A stretch of 64,000 nucleotides of DNA from Balanoglossus misakiensis (lineage: Eukaryota > Animalia > Hemichordata), in NCBI GenBank assembly GCA_040954595.2, contig CM082588.2, forward strand, positions 5,406,202 to 5,470,201, read 5' to 3'. Shown piece by piece: positions 28,474 through 43,400 of the stretch. Below the pieces are notes generated by a model. It ran no database searches, was not told the DNA's origin, and saw nothing but the letters and a program-made list of their open reading frames with translations. Position 1 is the first letter of the stretch. Every line of letters starts with the position of its first letter. The position numbers were made by a program, and so were the translations under genes.

Positions 28474-30928
28474 TTAATATTTCAAATTCAACCATAGGCC
28501 AAGGCCTTATGCCTCTACTCAAATGCACTGAGATACACCCCCCCCCCCCCAATATCTTTCTCTCTAATACCGACATGTACCATGGCATATTTACAGACAC
28601 TATACCATCACAGTTTCTCTCACAGTAGCCATCAAGATGACATTACAATTACCAAGTTACCCACAGAGCGGCGACAACAGCTGGCCAAGACTGAGATCTA
28701 AAGTTACAAATGCTGCTGGCTTTGTTTATTTGCAGTATTTCACTTTAACATGTCACTTGCAATTCGTGCCCCAACAAAATAAACTCGGAGACCTCCTATC
28801 GCAGGGCATGGGGCGTCTGTTATGTGAGACATACACCACAACTGCGCTCCCCTTGAAATCAAAACATCATTTCGTCCAGCAGAAGGGTGCAAATGGTTTG
28901 AAGTATGTGTATCAGTGTGGTGAAACCAAAGAATACAATGTTACATAGTTGCAGGCATCAGCTGTACACTTGTATTTGTAAAGGATGCCTCTATTAGTAA
29001 TACACTGGCATTCATGAACTGGTATACAGATATCCGCATCATAACCATATGTAGATTGCACTATCAATACATGTACTGTATACATTTGTAGAAAATATTT
29101 TTTAATGATATCAGACAGATGCAAGTGAACCAAAAACTCTTAAGAATTCCAGTGAAAAAGTACTACATTTTGAATCTGTCAACTTCTCTCAGTTGACTTC
29201 TAAGTCTCACTCTCTCTCTCTCTCTTTCCCTCCCTCCCTCTCTCTCAAAAGTATATCTGTCGATTTCAAAGATGCCTCAAGTCTGTTTCTCTCCTCCCTC
29301 CTCCTGGGATCTCACGCCCCCTTTCCCCTCTTCCTCCAGCAAACAGCGCTTCTCGCGCTCCCTTAAACCTGTTGTACAATCTTTTGCCCTGCCTTTGACC
29401 CCACAACATTAACCTGTACAGTGACTCCCCTAAATGGGGGCAACACCGACTCTAATTACTCCCCGGGTGCTGACAAGTATCTTCACTGCTGGCAATTTCC
29501 ACACATATCTCCACACTGGACCACACGCAAAACACTACATTAAGTGGTGCACATTTGCTTTGTTTTGCCGACAATCTCTACACCCAATCTGCACCAGAAC
29601 ATTTTTGATGCATCCTTGAGAAATTGTTTTATCTAAATAATTTGACCAGTCAGCATGGAGCAGTTTCATAAAGTGTCTGGATAGCAACAGCAGTGACCTC
29701 TGTGTTTGTGTACGCAAGTATAAAGTTACTAAACCATGTTTCATTTGCAAGATAAATATCTTGACAGTCAGGCTCAATTTCATTCCCACAACTAGTATAC
29801 ATGTAACCTTGGCGAAGATACCTGGTTGGAGACTATGCATTATCTGTCATGTATTAAAAAGCGCATGACATACCAGCTGTTACTGTGCAGCTGAAAGGGG
29901 GAGTGTCGTCCGAACTGCACATGTGCAACTTTCTGTTTATAAACGCACTATCAGCAAAATGTTCCCACTGTTAAGACATATACCCTGCCATCCAAAACAT
30001 GTTGTCAAAGTAACTTGGAACGTGACACAAAGGAACAATAGATTGTTGGCCATGATGTATGACGACACATACATGTACGCAGTCCAAAAGTGACCAGTTT
30101 CTCTAATAGTAGTAAAACATCAAAAACAAAAAATCCATACATGTCTAAACTGGATGGTTTACTAGTATTACAAACATGTCAAGGTAAAAGAGGTTTACTA
30201 TTAGTGACATCACAAGCCGCAATGACAAATCCCTGTCGCAAAAAAAAAACATGTCAGGGACATGGCACATACAACAGGAATGTCCGACAGCGATTGAAAG
30301 TAAGCTAACCCGACCACTGGTATTGCTACAGCCTTCAAAGTGTGTACAGCAACACACTGAGAATGTTTGGCAGTGTTGAAATATCTAACTGCTAGTCAAT
30401 ATGTTAATAAGTACTATATACATTGGCTACTGGGGGTGGTATTAAATCACGAAGATGAAGCATCACTCCATGCATAAATACACGCACAAACACATTAGGG
30501 TATAATTTTCTTCTTAATGCCTTGAAATGCTGATAAATTGCCTGTTTTATTGAGAAATAACGTGCCGTTTCACAAAAAAAGCAGTGAAATTGCAATTTTC
30601 ATGACATCTGCCACGACATTACCTCAATGAGGGTCATAAAATATTTCCACACACTTACTGGATATCACACTTTCATATATTCCCCTGGCTTTACCATAAA
30701 ATCATCGGATTTGATGAAGTGTAAAAATATGTGAAGTCACACAGGAATCATGCTTTGAATTTTTTTCTGACGTTGAATACAGACTGAAATGGTACAGGTG
30801 CTCTAGGATTATTGATTCCTGCCCCCCGAGTTGAAGAATTTGCATCCTGGGAAGAAAGCATGACAGCCAATCAAATTTGAAGACATGAAATATCATGCCT
30901 TCCTCACTGAGGTATGGTACATCTTCTA

Positions 30929-31231
30929 TTATAACACACCATGCAGCGAACCCTCGATCGTGATTCGTCAATACGGCGTCACGTGACCATCGTCATTTCG
31001 AACTGTTGCCTAGGGCATCAGTTCGATTGGTTTGGTGTGTTATAAAACACATGATGGCTGACATATTCGGGCAACAGTGTATTTTTAATGACCTCGGGAC
31101 TGCCAGTCACACCAAAACAGTCGTTTTCCCTCGGGCTATGCCCTCGGGAAAACAAGACTGTTTTAGTTGTGACTAGCAGCACCCTCGGTCATCAAAATAC
31201 ACTGTTGCCCTCATTGTCAGTCATCATGTGT
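30929..31231 (-). mobile_element. Non-autonomous hairpin element, copy 2 (same architecture, opposite orientation)
   Basis: Fold-back 31047-31231 closed by ACACATGAT/ATCATGTGT with apex CCCTCGGGCTATGCCCTCGGG. A 13-bp IR TTATAACACACCA (30929) / TGGTGTGTTATAA (31033-31045). Confidence 0.65.
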
Positions 31232-32048
31232 ATAATATAAAATGTACCTGTAGAGAACAAACTAACCCTCTGTGAATTTACAGCATCAACCAAGCACGAA
31301 ACAGGAGATTTTACAGTTTAATTTCAGTATTGTACATATTTAAACAATAACAGGATTGTAATATACATGGTTGACCAGCCCAATGAAATGGATTATTGTC
31401 CTTGCCTTGTTTCACACAATGTTTGAGAAATTTCACACAAAAAGTTGAAAAACGCACCATCGCTAAAACCCCAGTTCACAGGCCCATGTCATGTCAAATG
31501 CTGTGTTTATTACTACCTGCACGTATAACATTGCTTTCATTTCTCAGAGCAGACGCAATAAAACTCAATCAAAACGCTGTTACTGTCGCAGATTATGAAT
31601 CTGATGACACTGTAAATTTTTACTTTCTGAATGTACGCCGCACAACGACCTCGCCGCGTTTAATCACAAATTGTTTTCGAGTGCAACACAGCTTTGTAAA
31701 CTCAGCATGCTTGAATCCATTCCACACCACATACTAATCACAGTGTATTGACCCACATGTTATGGATAGTTTATGACTCGTATTTTCATAACCTTGTTAA
31801 AAATCTAAATTTAGCAGCGGTTGGATACTTGGCATACAGACAGTGTTTGTGTTTTTTCAGCCACTGATCAATCTCATTTGATAATTCATATATTACAACA
31901 GCTATGTAATGCAACTCACTTTTCAAGCCTTGCTAATTTATATATAAACTCTCCTGCTATATTTTCTTTTAGGTTTTAATAATAATCTATCATTTGCATC
32001 TGTACTGGCATGTATAGTAATAGTTGTGGTGGTACTAGTAGTATTGAG

Positions 32049-32049
<1 letters not shown>

Positions 32050-32118
<69 letters not shown>
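32050..32118. repeat. Perfect (GAT)23 microsatellite
   Basis: 69 bp of uninterrupted GAT. Confidence 0.97.
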
Positions 32119-32119
<1 letters not shown>

Positions 32120-35100
32120 CAAATTCTTTAATCTTTTGATTTTCTCATCAAGAATAAAAACTAGAAACCAAACGTGTGCCTATATAAAAGGAGAGAAATG
32201 ACTGTGCTTCTGTATGGTTTATGGAAAACAATAATGACAGCTCCCTGTGGTTTTAAGTGAGCATAAATCCTTGGTTGTTATTATAATATTACAAGTAAAT
32301 AAAACCAGCCTCCGCACATCCTCGACAGGTTATCTTTCATGTGTGTGTGTGTGTTAACATGGCCACCTAGTGACAGTGGCATATGAATGTACACTGACTG
32401 TGATGGATACATAACGGCCATGATCAAGCGGTCAATACTGATGTGGGTGGCATATCCGTTTGGACATAATCCCCGCTGCGCACAATCTGATACACAGCAC
32501 GGTCGCCTACAGACACACGGCACACTCTATTGGCAATGGGGCAAAGCTGGCAAATATTCCACACGCAAAGTCCTCCATAAAAACAAATTAGAGGTTTTGA
32601 ATTTTACGAGATGCAGTTAAGAGCAGTGCCTGGCAGTGATGTATGCTAATCACAGCATAACAGCTGCATATGATCTTGACAATATTGGGTGAGGAAAAAG
32701 TAAGGCAAGAAACCTAACAATCAACAGTTCCCGATTTGCAAATCTAACTTATTTTTAGGAATTTGGAGAGATGCTTCTAGTATTGAAAACAAATACAGTG
32801 GCTCCAATTGAGAGTACAAATCAATACACAGAGATAACGTAATCCTTTTTGTCTTAATAGGAAGTTGATTTAAACTCATTAATTATGAACGACCAGGTGT
32901 ATTGATTATTGGTTATTGGTGAGAAAAGGGCAGTTGTCAGCATTGGGTTATTATAGCATGGGATTATTTCGGTTGGGGGCCTGGAACAGATTCAGCTGAC
33001 TAAGAGAAATTGCAGAATGCCTGTTGTTTCAAGCTAGCTGGGAATCTGACATCTGTTGATTGTGTGTATGGGGGATACTGCTGTGGTTCTGATTGGTCAA
33101 TTTCATTGTGAAACCAGGTGTACACCAGGTGAACAAGAGATATTCTGAGAACTGCACGCAGCCCCACCGCCAACTACAAGGCAAACTTTCCTCTGGTTAT
33201 AGCGTTCCTGGAAACATCAACAAATGAGAACATTTCAATTTTTAGCTCTGACCGAGTTGGTACACAGATGTGCACGCCCTGCGCAAGAATTTTGAGGGCT
33301 CAACTGCAAGCAATGAATCTTTCAGATTTAAATACTTGTTTATACGTTTGCTGAGAAAAGATGAGCAACTTGAAAGTAAACATTCAAAATCTTTTCCGCG
33401 AATTGCGTCATCTCTTTTCTCAGTGCATGGGTTTTGCAAAAGTAGGATTTCTCTAAAATAGGTCTATTTTAGAAATAACCCTTTACATTTTAGAACAGAG
33501 AACTTCAGTGGCACGCCTGTCAAAACCAGTTGCTCCACTCGTAAATTAACCAATCAGTTGACAGCAACCGACTACACACTCAACCAATCAGCTTCAAGAT
33601 AACTACGCTTCCATACACCACAAGAATCTCAATGAGATGCTTAACATTATCTTTGCGTTTCCCATCACCGACAATTTCTTTTTCTGTATCGCATCTGATT
33701 CGGAGACGTTAATTAATAGACACACGCTCTGTGTCTCTCAACAGATTAAACTCTCGGCACAAGAGAGCCAACTACTACAAGCCTCTCCAGACTGCATCTA
33801 CAAGGAGACGCTAAGAGCCGCCTAATTGATCGTGACTGGGGACGTCTGCATCCCTGGCGAAATTTGATTTACACGGATAGTCGATGCCTTTGCACATTTT
33901 GTTCAAACTTAACAGCTACAACAAAAATAAAATGCTGTAAATCTCAAGAAATGAACCCAAAATTTTGCTGCTACCACCTTATTAGTTGAACTACAATCAC
34001 CAAGGGCTCATATGAAATCGGGTTCAATATAACATCTTTCGTTTATGTCAATAATTTCATTTATTTTACAAAAGACACTTTAAAATATGCCACATCCGGA
34101 TGGGGAAACAAAACGACTGATTCAAATACCAGGAAAAGGTGAAACGGAAAGCAATGCAGAAGGCACAAAATCTCCTATACAGTATGCAAGCAACGCTGCG
34201 CAGGAAAACTGCAAGCAGTAAATCATATTTACATAATGCATTCAACGATGATTGGAAGCCAATTTGCCTCTCCGAACACAATACCCGTCAAAATTGTCGC
34301 AAGACCCAAAGCGTCCGTTCTCCTTAATTCTAATCAAGTGAGACACGCACGCACAATGAGAAACACAAACGAATAAAATCTCATAACCCAGAAATTACAG
34401 AAACCGGGAAGCCATTACCTGGAATTGAGTCAATGCTGTTAATAAGGAGACGATAAACTAAATTGGCAGGGACAATATTTGGTCTACATTATTCCTTATC
34501 AAAATTCCATTGAGCCGATATTATTATAGGCAGTATATTTACAATTGGAAAGTAGATACGAAAAAATAGAAAGCCGCTACGCTTCGTAGTTGTGACAGAT
34601 TTGATTTGCTTGAATGGCTTATTCTGGTATTCATTAAAAATCTTGAAAAGCTCGGATGCGTCCCTATTGTACGGGCTTTTCCCTCAATTCTATTAAAGCA
34701 TGCGAACGCGAGTTAGGAACAGTGTGTGACAGAGGGAAAAAGTAAATTGGTTCTTGAGGTATCTCCGCTAATAAATCCGGCACGCCGCAAAGGAATTCCG
34801 CGTCCCGGATTTCTTGAAGTGAGGAAGTGGCACAAGAATAATTGGCTGCCTAATCAGTCGTTATATCCTGTCCCCACTCCGATAGGGAGGGAAAATCTAA
34901 GAATTGAAATTTGAAGAAAAGAAAATTAAAAACGATAGCTTGGTTTCGCAATTTATCAGAACCTTTTCTCGTTATAAATTAACATAATTGGCTATTTTCC
35001 AGACGCCAATTTCCTTATAATCCAGTCGCTGCAATATTCTTATCTGTTCTGAGAGTGGGCAGTAATGACTTGAAGGTGTCAAATTTTATTGCTGAAGCAA

Positions 35101-37387
35101 GGTGTTATGTAGGGTAAGTGAAATTGTCTGACTGTAAATTGGACACCTGAAGCAAGGACAAGCTGCCAGATATTGAAATTCAGTATGAAAACAGAAATAG
35201 GAAATCCCTGAAACTTGCTCTAGAAGAAGTCAACCCAATGCACCTTTGTCCGAGTAAGTAGAGCAGAATTCCTCGGTCATGGCGTGTCATTTCTATTGAA
35301 TACTACCAGGATTGAAAGTTTCCCATTGCGTGTGAAAGCATCCCATTTGCAAATATTGGCATAAGTGCACAGTGTACATCACCCGATACATTTACAAACT
35401 GCGGGTACATGATAGAATTGGAGACAAAGAGGAAACGTTTTATCCAAATATTTGCCAAGTTCATTCAGTCACGCAGAGTGAATGTGAACTTGGTTTTGCC
35501 TGCACAGAATGCCTGTGGGTTTTCAGGCTTTTTTTCTGTGCAAACTCTATTTCAAGAAACAGAAAACTAGATCCTTAGCAGAACTAGAAACATAAATTAT
35601 ACACTTCATGGTTTACTAAACCACTGTTGATATAAATTCTCTCTCCCACTCGAGAGTAGACATCAACAAAACATGTAAAAGGTAGGTTTTACTTAAAATG
35701 TAATTGTATCACTTAATGATTAAAACACTTACATCCACTCTACCTAATAGTAAAGTCAAATACTGGAATACATAGTCTTAATTATATTAATTTTCTTTTG
35801 TGTGATGTCAAATTTGCTTTCTGCATATTACAAACTGCCAGAAAACATTACTGCTGACCCATGTCAAATATTTGTGGCAATGCATAACAATTTTCTTTCA
35901 TTAATTAATTAAATAGCTGAGTAAATAATGGATTGTGAAGTTCTGACGTGCTGGTGGGTTCAACTGGTGAATGAGACCCCCTAGCTGTGTGTATATTAGC
36001 GGGCTCTTGTGATTGGTTAACGCAAGTGTTGGAGGATCCTCAAGACTGCATGGTCAAAAGGGAGTCAAAATGTAAGAATTAAAAGAGTCAAGTCTACTTC
36101 ATACTTCAATGTCTGTGGTAAGTGAGAAATGGAAGTGTTTGGAACACATGACAACAAGCAAGATGTCCATGTGCATGGCCGCGATGGATTTATCCGGAAT
36201 GAAAGTAAGGATGGACAACCCTCCCTCCAATGCCATTAGCCTATTAAGCCCTGATCCACAAGAGTACAGCTCACTGCACTGGATCAAAAGAATGGGCTGT
36301 CACCAGGCACAGAACAGCAAATATGCAAAGCTATCATTGCTACAATTTTCGCCTGATTTCAAACTGCCCTGCGCAACCAGTATCATACCCCCTCCCCAAC
36401 AAGATTATTCTGAAGGCTATAACTGGAGACCACACACTTGAGATGTTTACTCTTGTCAAGATGGTTACAATTTTGTTGACAGACATACAACATGTTGCCC
36501 ATCTTAGCACCTACTCCCCACTTGTCCACAAAGCCCAAATACAAATTTGCTCATAGGGCTCTCTTTGTAATTGTGGGAAGTCTGTACAACTTTATATGAA
36601 AGAGTGATACTATTTATAGAACCATGAATATACCCAGTGGTGTTTTAGATAACTCAATTAACACAGGCCTATTTTTACTCAGACCTGAAACTGCAGTGGA
36701 CATTCTTTTTCAATATTTCTATAGAATTCTATTACCCAGTCTGTTTCTGATTCAAATCCACAATTGCTACACCTCGTCACACAGCCAACAAGAGGATTAC
36801 CGCTAAACATCTTAGGAAGGTATATTCCTTCCCAAATCTTCCTTCCCAATAATAGCATTACAGCCCAGTCCTTTCACTGCGCACAATCCTTTGTCGACTT
36901 CAGTCTCCTGAAGGTCTACAGATAAGCTTATCCGACGACTTGTCGGCCACCGTAAATAACAGACGATCGCTATTCGTTTCCACTTAACAACTCCACTGCC
37001 ACCTACGCTTGCTTCTTCTGTCCACAGAATAAGATCTGTGCAGATGAACTGATCTGGAAAGAAAGGAGCTGGCTGGTGATAATAGTCTGGTTCCATATCT
37101 TTCATTAATTTTTGTTAGACTTGGAAACAGATTATTTGCACGAATGTTGCCGATCAATACACATCACTAATAAAGGGATGGATGGTGGGCAATAGTAACT
37201 TGGCAGGTCTAATCTGATTATACAGAATATAATATGTATGACCATACATACATGTATTATATTCTGCCAGATTTTGTATAAAACATACCAAACATTTTTA
37301 ACTCATGAATATTTCGAGTCTCTCATGTACAGGCGTGTTTCAAAACTGAACATGTTTGTACCCAGTTTAAAAAGAAGGAATTTTTGT

Positions 37388-37466
37388 ATTCCTCGAGGTC
37401 TGTGACAACGTCAATCACAAACAAACTATTCCTTGAGGACCGTGACAACGTGAATCGCAAATAAAC
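37388..37466. repeat. Tandem duplication, about 40 bp x2
   Basis: TATTCCTYGAGG..YGTGACAACGTSAATCRCAAAYAAAC occurs twice. Confidence 0.8.
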
Positions 37467-40400
37467 GTTTTCGACAGCCCTGAATTGAAATCTACAGGGG
37501 GAAAATCAACACAGGTAAAATCATGTGCACGGTCTGTATGTTTTGAATGACACCAAACTCCCTGCAGGCTCATTCACGCAACCTTATTGATTCCTACTGA
37601 CCACAATAAAAACCGAGTTCACAGCCATTCAACCCCAAAATAAACACACAGCTTTTAGACTTCGACCATGCATTTGCTCTTCAATCCATGTCATGGCTCT
37701 AAAAACACACTCTTCTCTCGGAATGTAATTGTCCGCACGCTTCCCATTATGTGTCTGCCCCCTTTATGTATAGAATCAATAACACAACCGCACGGCCCAC
37801 AAAGGACTTCCTGCATTCTTCTGAGCTCCTTAAAACCCGGAGAACTGGACAATAAACTTTGAGACTGTCACTATGGAAAAATGAAAATCAATTCCCAGAT
37901 GATCTGGAAAACTTCAGCCTTCCTTCAATAGTACTTAAATTTTCTGTGTCATTCAAAATTTATCAGTCATCTGATTTTCGTCCTCTCTTCCGACTGCTCC
38001 ATTACTGTTAAATGATACGTATTCAGGTCAAATTTTCATAAGCAACACTTGTCTGTAATACATGATCTCTTCTTTTATCGGAAACAGAAAAGATGATGCT
38101 ATTAATGCATCTAACAGAAAACCAACTTTGATTTGCCGCTGGTTTTAAGTTTTCCATGCCGGCATAAATCGGCTCACTTCCACGAAGTCGGATCAACGGA
38201 AATTGAAAAATCCGGCACAGTTTCTGTCTTTGATTGATTTTCTGCCATATGTCGCCTATTGTTCCCTGTCTTCCGCACGGCTCAGGATATTGTTGCCTGC
38301 AGATAAGATGATCTCTCTGATGGATGTCATGCGAACGAAAGTCATGGCCACTTGAAATCACAGACTATGGGAAGAATACACCTACAATACAATGTAGGTG
38401 AATCGTACACCAGATACAGTATCTGCATCAGTGTGTATCACGTCAACATTTCGCTGGTTGCAGAAGCTGGAAATTCCAACTCCTTTCTCTATCAATATTC
38501 CCTGTTACCCCATCATACCAAACTATTGGTGGGGATATAATAATGACACTACCCAACAAAAAAGACCAATTGAATGTTCTCATTGGTTTTGTAGGAAAAC
38601 ACGATTTCCTAAAGTGAAACCTGAAAATGACATTGCTTATAAATGATGTCTACATTTTTGTGCACATATGAAAGTCTGCATATGTTTTCTCCACAGACGG
38701 ACCAAAGTTGGTGTAAAAGTCGCACTGAATTTCCATGCATGCATGCCTTCTTAAGAGACTCTCTGAGAAAAAGTAAAGTCTCGGCGGACAAAAGCGATAC
38801 ATCCTGCAGCCCTAGGGCTCAGAGAATCTCCGAATAAAGACATTTCAGCAAAGTACGCCTCAATTTCTATAGACCGCTTGACAGTGTTTGAAGTCAATGC
38901 CCTTGGAATTTGTGTGTGCACCCTCAGAGCAGGGCCGCGTCAGGACAGATTTACTTCTAATGGTGCAGTGTATTGTTTATAACCACTGACACAAACGGTG
39001 GCTCTTGCCAAAGGTGACAACCTGTGGGGTCAGGGACTGCCTTTACCTCTGTCTACATCCCGAGACAGCTGATGCTCTTTTGTCTGACAGACAAACTCGC
39101 CAAGACATTGTGCGTGTGAGCCTAGCACCATTAAGGTTATGCCTGGGAGGAAGACTACTACATATATACACATGCAATAAACCAATCCATCACTGAACTC
39201 ATTTGGGTTATTTTTTTAAATGTTGTGTGTTTGTCTATTTCATAGATGGATTCGTCTTAGGAACAAGAATATTGTAGATCAGATTACTGGACTTTAATTC
39301 TTCATAACCAATACTCTTGATATTGATTTTTAAAGCATGTACTGCCTTAACAGGAAAACAGTAATAGCGCTCCAGAACACAGGTCTGTAACTTTCTCTAC
39401 TGATACAAAGAATGCATACCTCCATTCATGAGTAACAAAAAATATAGGTTAGAGTTATTTACATTCAAAACTATGGAATTTTGTTATGCAACCTAGCGTG
39501 CAGAGAAACAATACGTGTTCAAGCCAGACTGTCTATCTCCTTTACTGGGTATTGACAATGACAGTCACATCTGCACAGATCAACTGTGCAATGCCAAGTA
39601 AACAAACATTGTGGCCGAACACCTGATGCACAGGACATAACATGTACTGCAGCCGGCCTAATCATGAATGAGACAACATCAGACGGAAATGTCAATACTT
39701 TCGCAGATTACAGACATTTACGTAATGAGAGACAGGCACAGACAGTTTAGGTTCATTCACGACAGGTTGTTTTTTTCAAATTTCAGATCTGTCTGTCTGG
39801 TGATCTGACAAAGCTTGAATTCTGAAAAGTGTTCCTAGGGAGTGTTTTGCTTCAACAAATACGTTGCTCTGACAATCATGTATGCTATACATTGGAATTT
39901 TTTGGAAAATTTCAGAAAATAACACTATCGCAAGTACTCCTGAAAATTGCTTCCTCTCCATTAAGTTTACACATCTCATCAGCTACAGGCAAGCACCGAG
40001 AAAAGTGTTCTAAAACCACGTCATTTCCTTTGTATATCGAAAACAGACTTTTTTTCCCACTCGCTTTTTAGCGAATTGCCCAGGCATGAGTGATGCGTTT
40101 CGCTTTCACACATGCAGAAACTCTGCTGATGTAGGGAAATGCGTATAGGGTCCTTTTCAAAGGCTTTTTATGACTAATGGAATCTGCAAATGTAGCAAAT
40201 GGAACTCGCGTCCTCGACTGCTGCAGCACGGACGGACTGCGTTGATGCCTCTCGTACGTAATATCTCCTGACATTACAAATGGCATGAATTTCAGATATT
40301 TTCAGCCGATGAATATGCCTCCCACCCCGGGGGACCCTCACTGAAATGGACTAACCGCTGATCTAATGTAATTACTCTATTTGTCCAACTAGTGGAAAAT

Positions 40401-43400
40401 TCTTATAAAACACTTGTGGGGGGACGCATAGATAGCTGACGTATTTTTCTTCTTTTTTTCATTTTTGTCTCCAGGCGAAATGATGAAGTAAAACACGCTG
40501 TAAAATATCTCCTTCACTGCAGGGCTTTTGCATAGAATGACGTAGAATGTGACACAATTACATATGTTCACGCAAAATTGATACAAGCAGCATATCTCGG
40601 CGACCACATCTCAATCAAATACCGCGTCAAGTCATGCTGAAATGCTGAATTTCGCTCAGAGTTGACAATATCCCACATCTACTCTGCAGAGTGAATTGAT
40701 CAGTCGAATAACATAACTAAACAGAAACCCAAAACATGGTGAATAACAGACAATCATCTATGTTGCGTAATTTTGTGAGACTAGCAAAGTGCATTGGATG
40801 TTCTTGACGTTTCCATGACATCGGTTACATAATACAAATTTATGCAAATGTTCCCAGGTGACAAATTCCAAGTCGGCTGCCTGCCAAAGTATGCATCATG
40901 CACCTATCCAAAGATAATTAAAATCATTATATTACATGAAATTGCAAAGGTATACAACCTAAAACCCAAGCTGGAAATAGTGATACTTCCTTTCCTAATT
41001 ACTACAATTTTATATCCAGAAATTACTATTGCTCAACTAGCGTTGCCATGGCAGTGTGGTTCAATTTCTATGATATGCTGGTTGCTACGTAACAGATCTG
41101 CAAGCACATTTATTATTTCCGAGAAAAAGGTAACATACACTGGCATACATTTTATTCTCTTCGGATATTTTCCAAATGCAAAACATCATATTTTACAGAG
41201 CCAAATTCGACACTAACTACACTATTAAAATCTTATAGAACATTATGTTGTTGTCAGCCAGGTGTTAAGTATTTCCTTTACTGCCTTGTCATCAAATTTA
41301 AGTGGATTTCAGTATATTTTTAATATATGTAATTTTATGAAAAATGTAATATGACAAACTTGTATCAAATGTAAATACGAGGTGGGTGTGTAGCATTCGA
41401 TCACTGTAATAACAGACTCTCAAGAAATAGATTTAAAAAAAAAAACACTTTTAGTGGTTTACAGAACTACGTAGTGCAAATCAAGCAGCAATGAAGTAAT
41501 AGTAATACGTCACTTCAACCGTGAAGCGTGTGCAGAGAAAATTCAGCTGCAAACGCCAAATGGTTTACCTGGGATTCCGACTGATCCCAAATTTGTATTC
41601 CGAACCATGTTGATATTTTATTAGTGTAATTTTATTGTCGGGCGCCCGATCAAGGAGGGTGGCTGCCTCGTTGTAGACATAAAGGTGAAAATTAGATTTG
41701 GAGCCATTGGTCATTAGTCCACTTTTCAGGACTAACATCATTAAGGTTTCTACGACTACCCACCAGGTCTCGCGCTGTATTGGAATTTTTTTTTTTTTCT
41801 CGTCCTTCAGAAGTAAGTTATCCGCGCTGTCATTGCCAACGGCTGCTGTGACAGGTCTTGGCAATATAGGGGCGTATTTGTCATTGAGGAGTTGTAAAGA
41901 GAACGCACATCTCCTGCGGGCATGACATTTACCAGCATAACAGGCTTCCACGCGGCGTATATTACAACGGCGTTCATTTCCGTCAGCCCGGGCGTTGCGA
42001 TGGATTGTAACAAGCACCGCGGATGCATCCAAGTTATTTAGATCAAGGCTTTTGTGGATGTGGTGCTTTATTTCAATAAACTATAATAAGCAGTGTCTGC
42101 AGGGTTGATCTGCAGCTGTTTAGACGCACCGTGTAAGAATATCTCCAGTAATTTCTTCTGCCGGCTTTTGTTGCTACGTACAATGGTGCAGCAGGAGCAA
42201 TTTCGAGTCCTCGAAAATTGAGGCATTACGTTTATTTATTTATGTACCGCTATTCCACTCGGAGAAATTACATTATTCTTCAGTTCAACGCTTGCCACTG
42301 CCTGACATTCCGATCAAATAACACTATTTCGGTTATTCGCGTTTTTTTTTATTTCATGGGAGAAATCATTTATGTTCTGCTCAATCACTAATGCAGTTGA
42401 ATCAATGGATAATTGCTCTACTAACAGTATGCATATTATAATATACATGTATAGGTATGACAATTTTCTTGTTGTTCCCCAATAACAATGTTGTATGCAC
42501 ACATTCATTTAATCCTATGGTACACTATACAGCCAAACAAGAAATCATGATTGCGAATATGATACACTGAGAAAATCGTCAAGATCTACACTCAGAGTCA
42601 GACAGTGGAGCTTTAACATTATTTGCAGTGGTTTGTCAGACATGTCAAAAAGTAACAAAAACTTCACCGACAGCTGACATAGTAAAATGGAAGGGCCACT
42701 TCAGGTCTTGAAACAAAGTACAGATGTGGCACATCTGATGAAAACAGACGTGACTTCACTTCTCCGTCGTACTTTGATTTCTCACACGCAATCAATCATA
42801 GCTGAGAGGTTTTTCATATGTCACTGGTGTACATGTACTTAAACACTACTTGGTCCAGTTTCTTGTACACAACATTCCGGTCGACACATTTATAATTGTG
42901 TAACACTGGGAGTAAAGACAAGTCTCTACAGCACGTCAGTGGTCGGGTTTCTGTGCGTACATGTGCCTAGTTTACGCTACAAGAAATTGACTTCACTACA
43001 TACATGTACATGTATTCTCAAATGATGCATTTGTTTTTACAACCCCTAGACAATTGACAGGACATCTTGGAGTTTAATGACACTCTCAGTAAAGCATTTT
43101 TATCAGAAGACAGACAACAGGAACTTCAGACGATTTGCTGTCTTCTCAGAGTGCATTCGGTGTCATGAACTTAATTATGCATGACTGCCGGCTTCTTCAC
43201 TCAATGATGCAGGATATGGATTAAAACTGAAAGCCAAACTCAAAATGAGAATTTTTCTTAACATAAGTAATTTATCATGAAATTGCAACTGTGGGCCAGC
43301 TGTGTCTCAACCACAAATTCCGTGCCATCATTCTACATGTGGCTATATTGTCCCTTTAATCCTTAAAACAATAAATTATACAGTTCATGCCACGACTGTG

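Noticed and set aside
38023-38361. Minus-strand ORF containing EPIYA
   Set aside because: A single 5-aa motif in a non-ATG ORF without splice support; likely coincidence.
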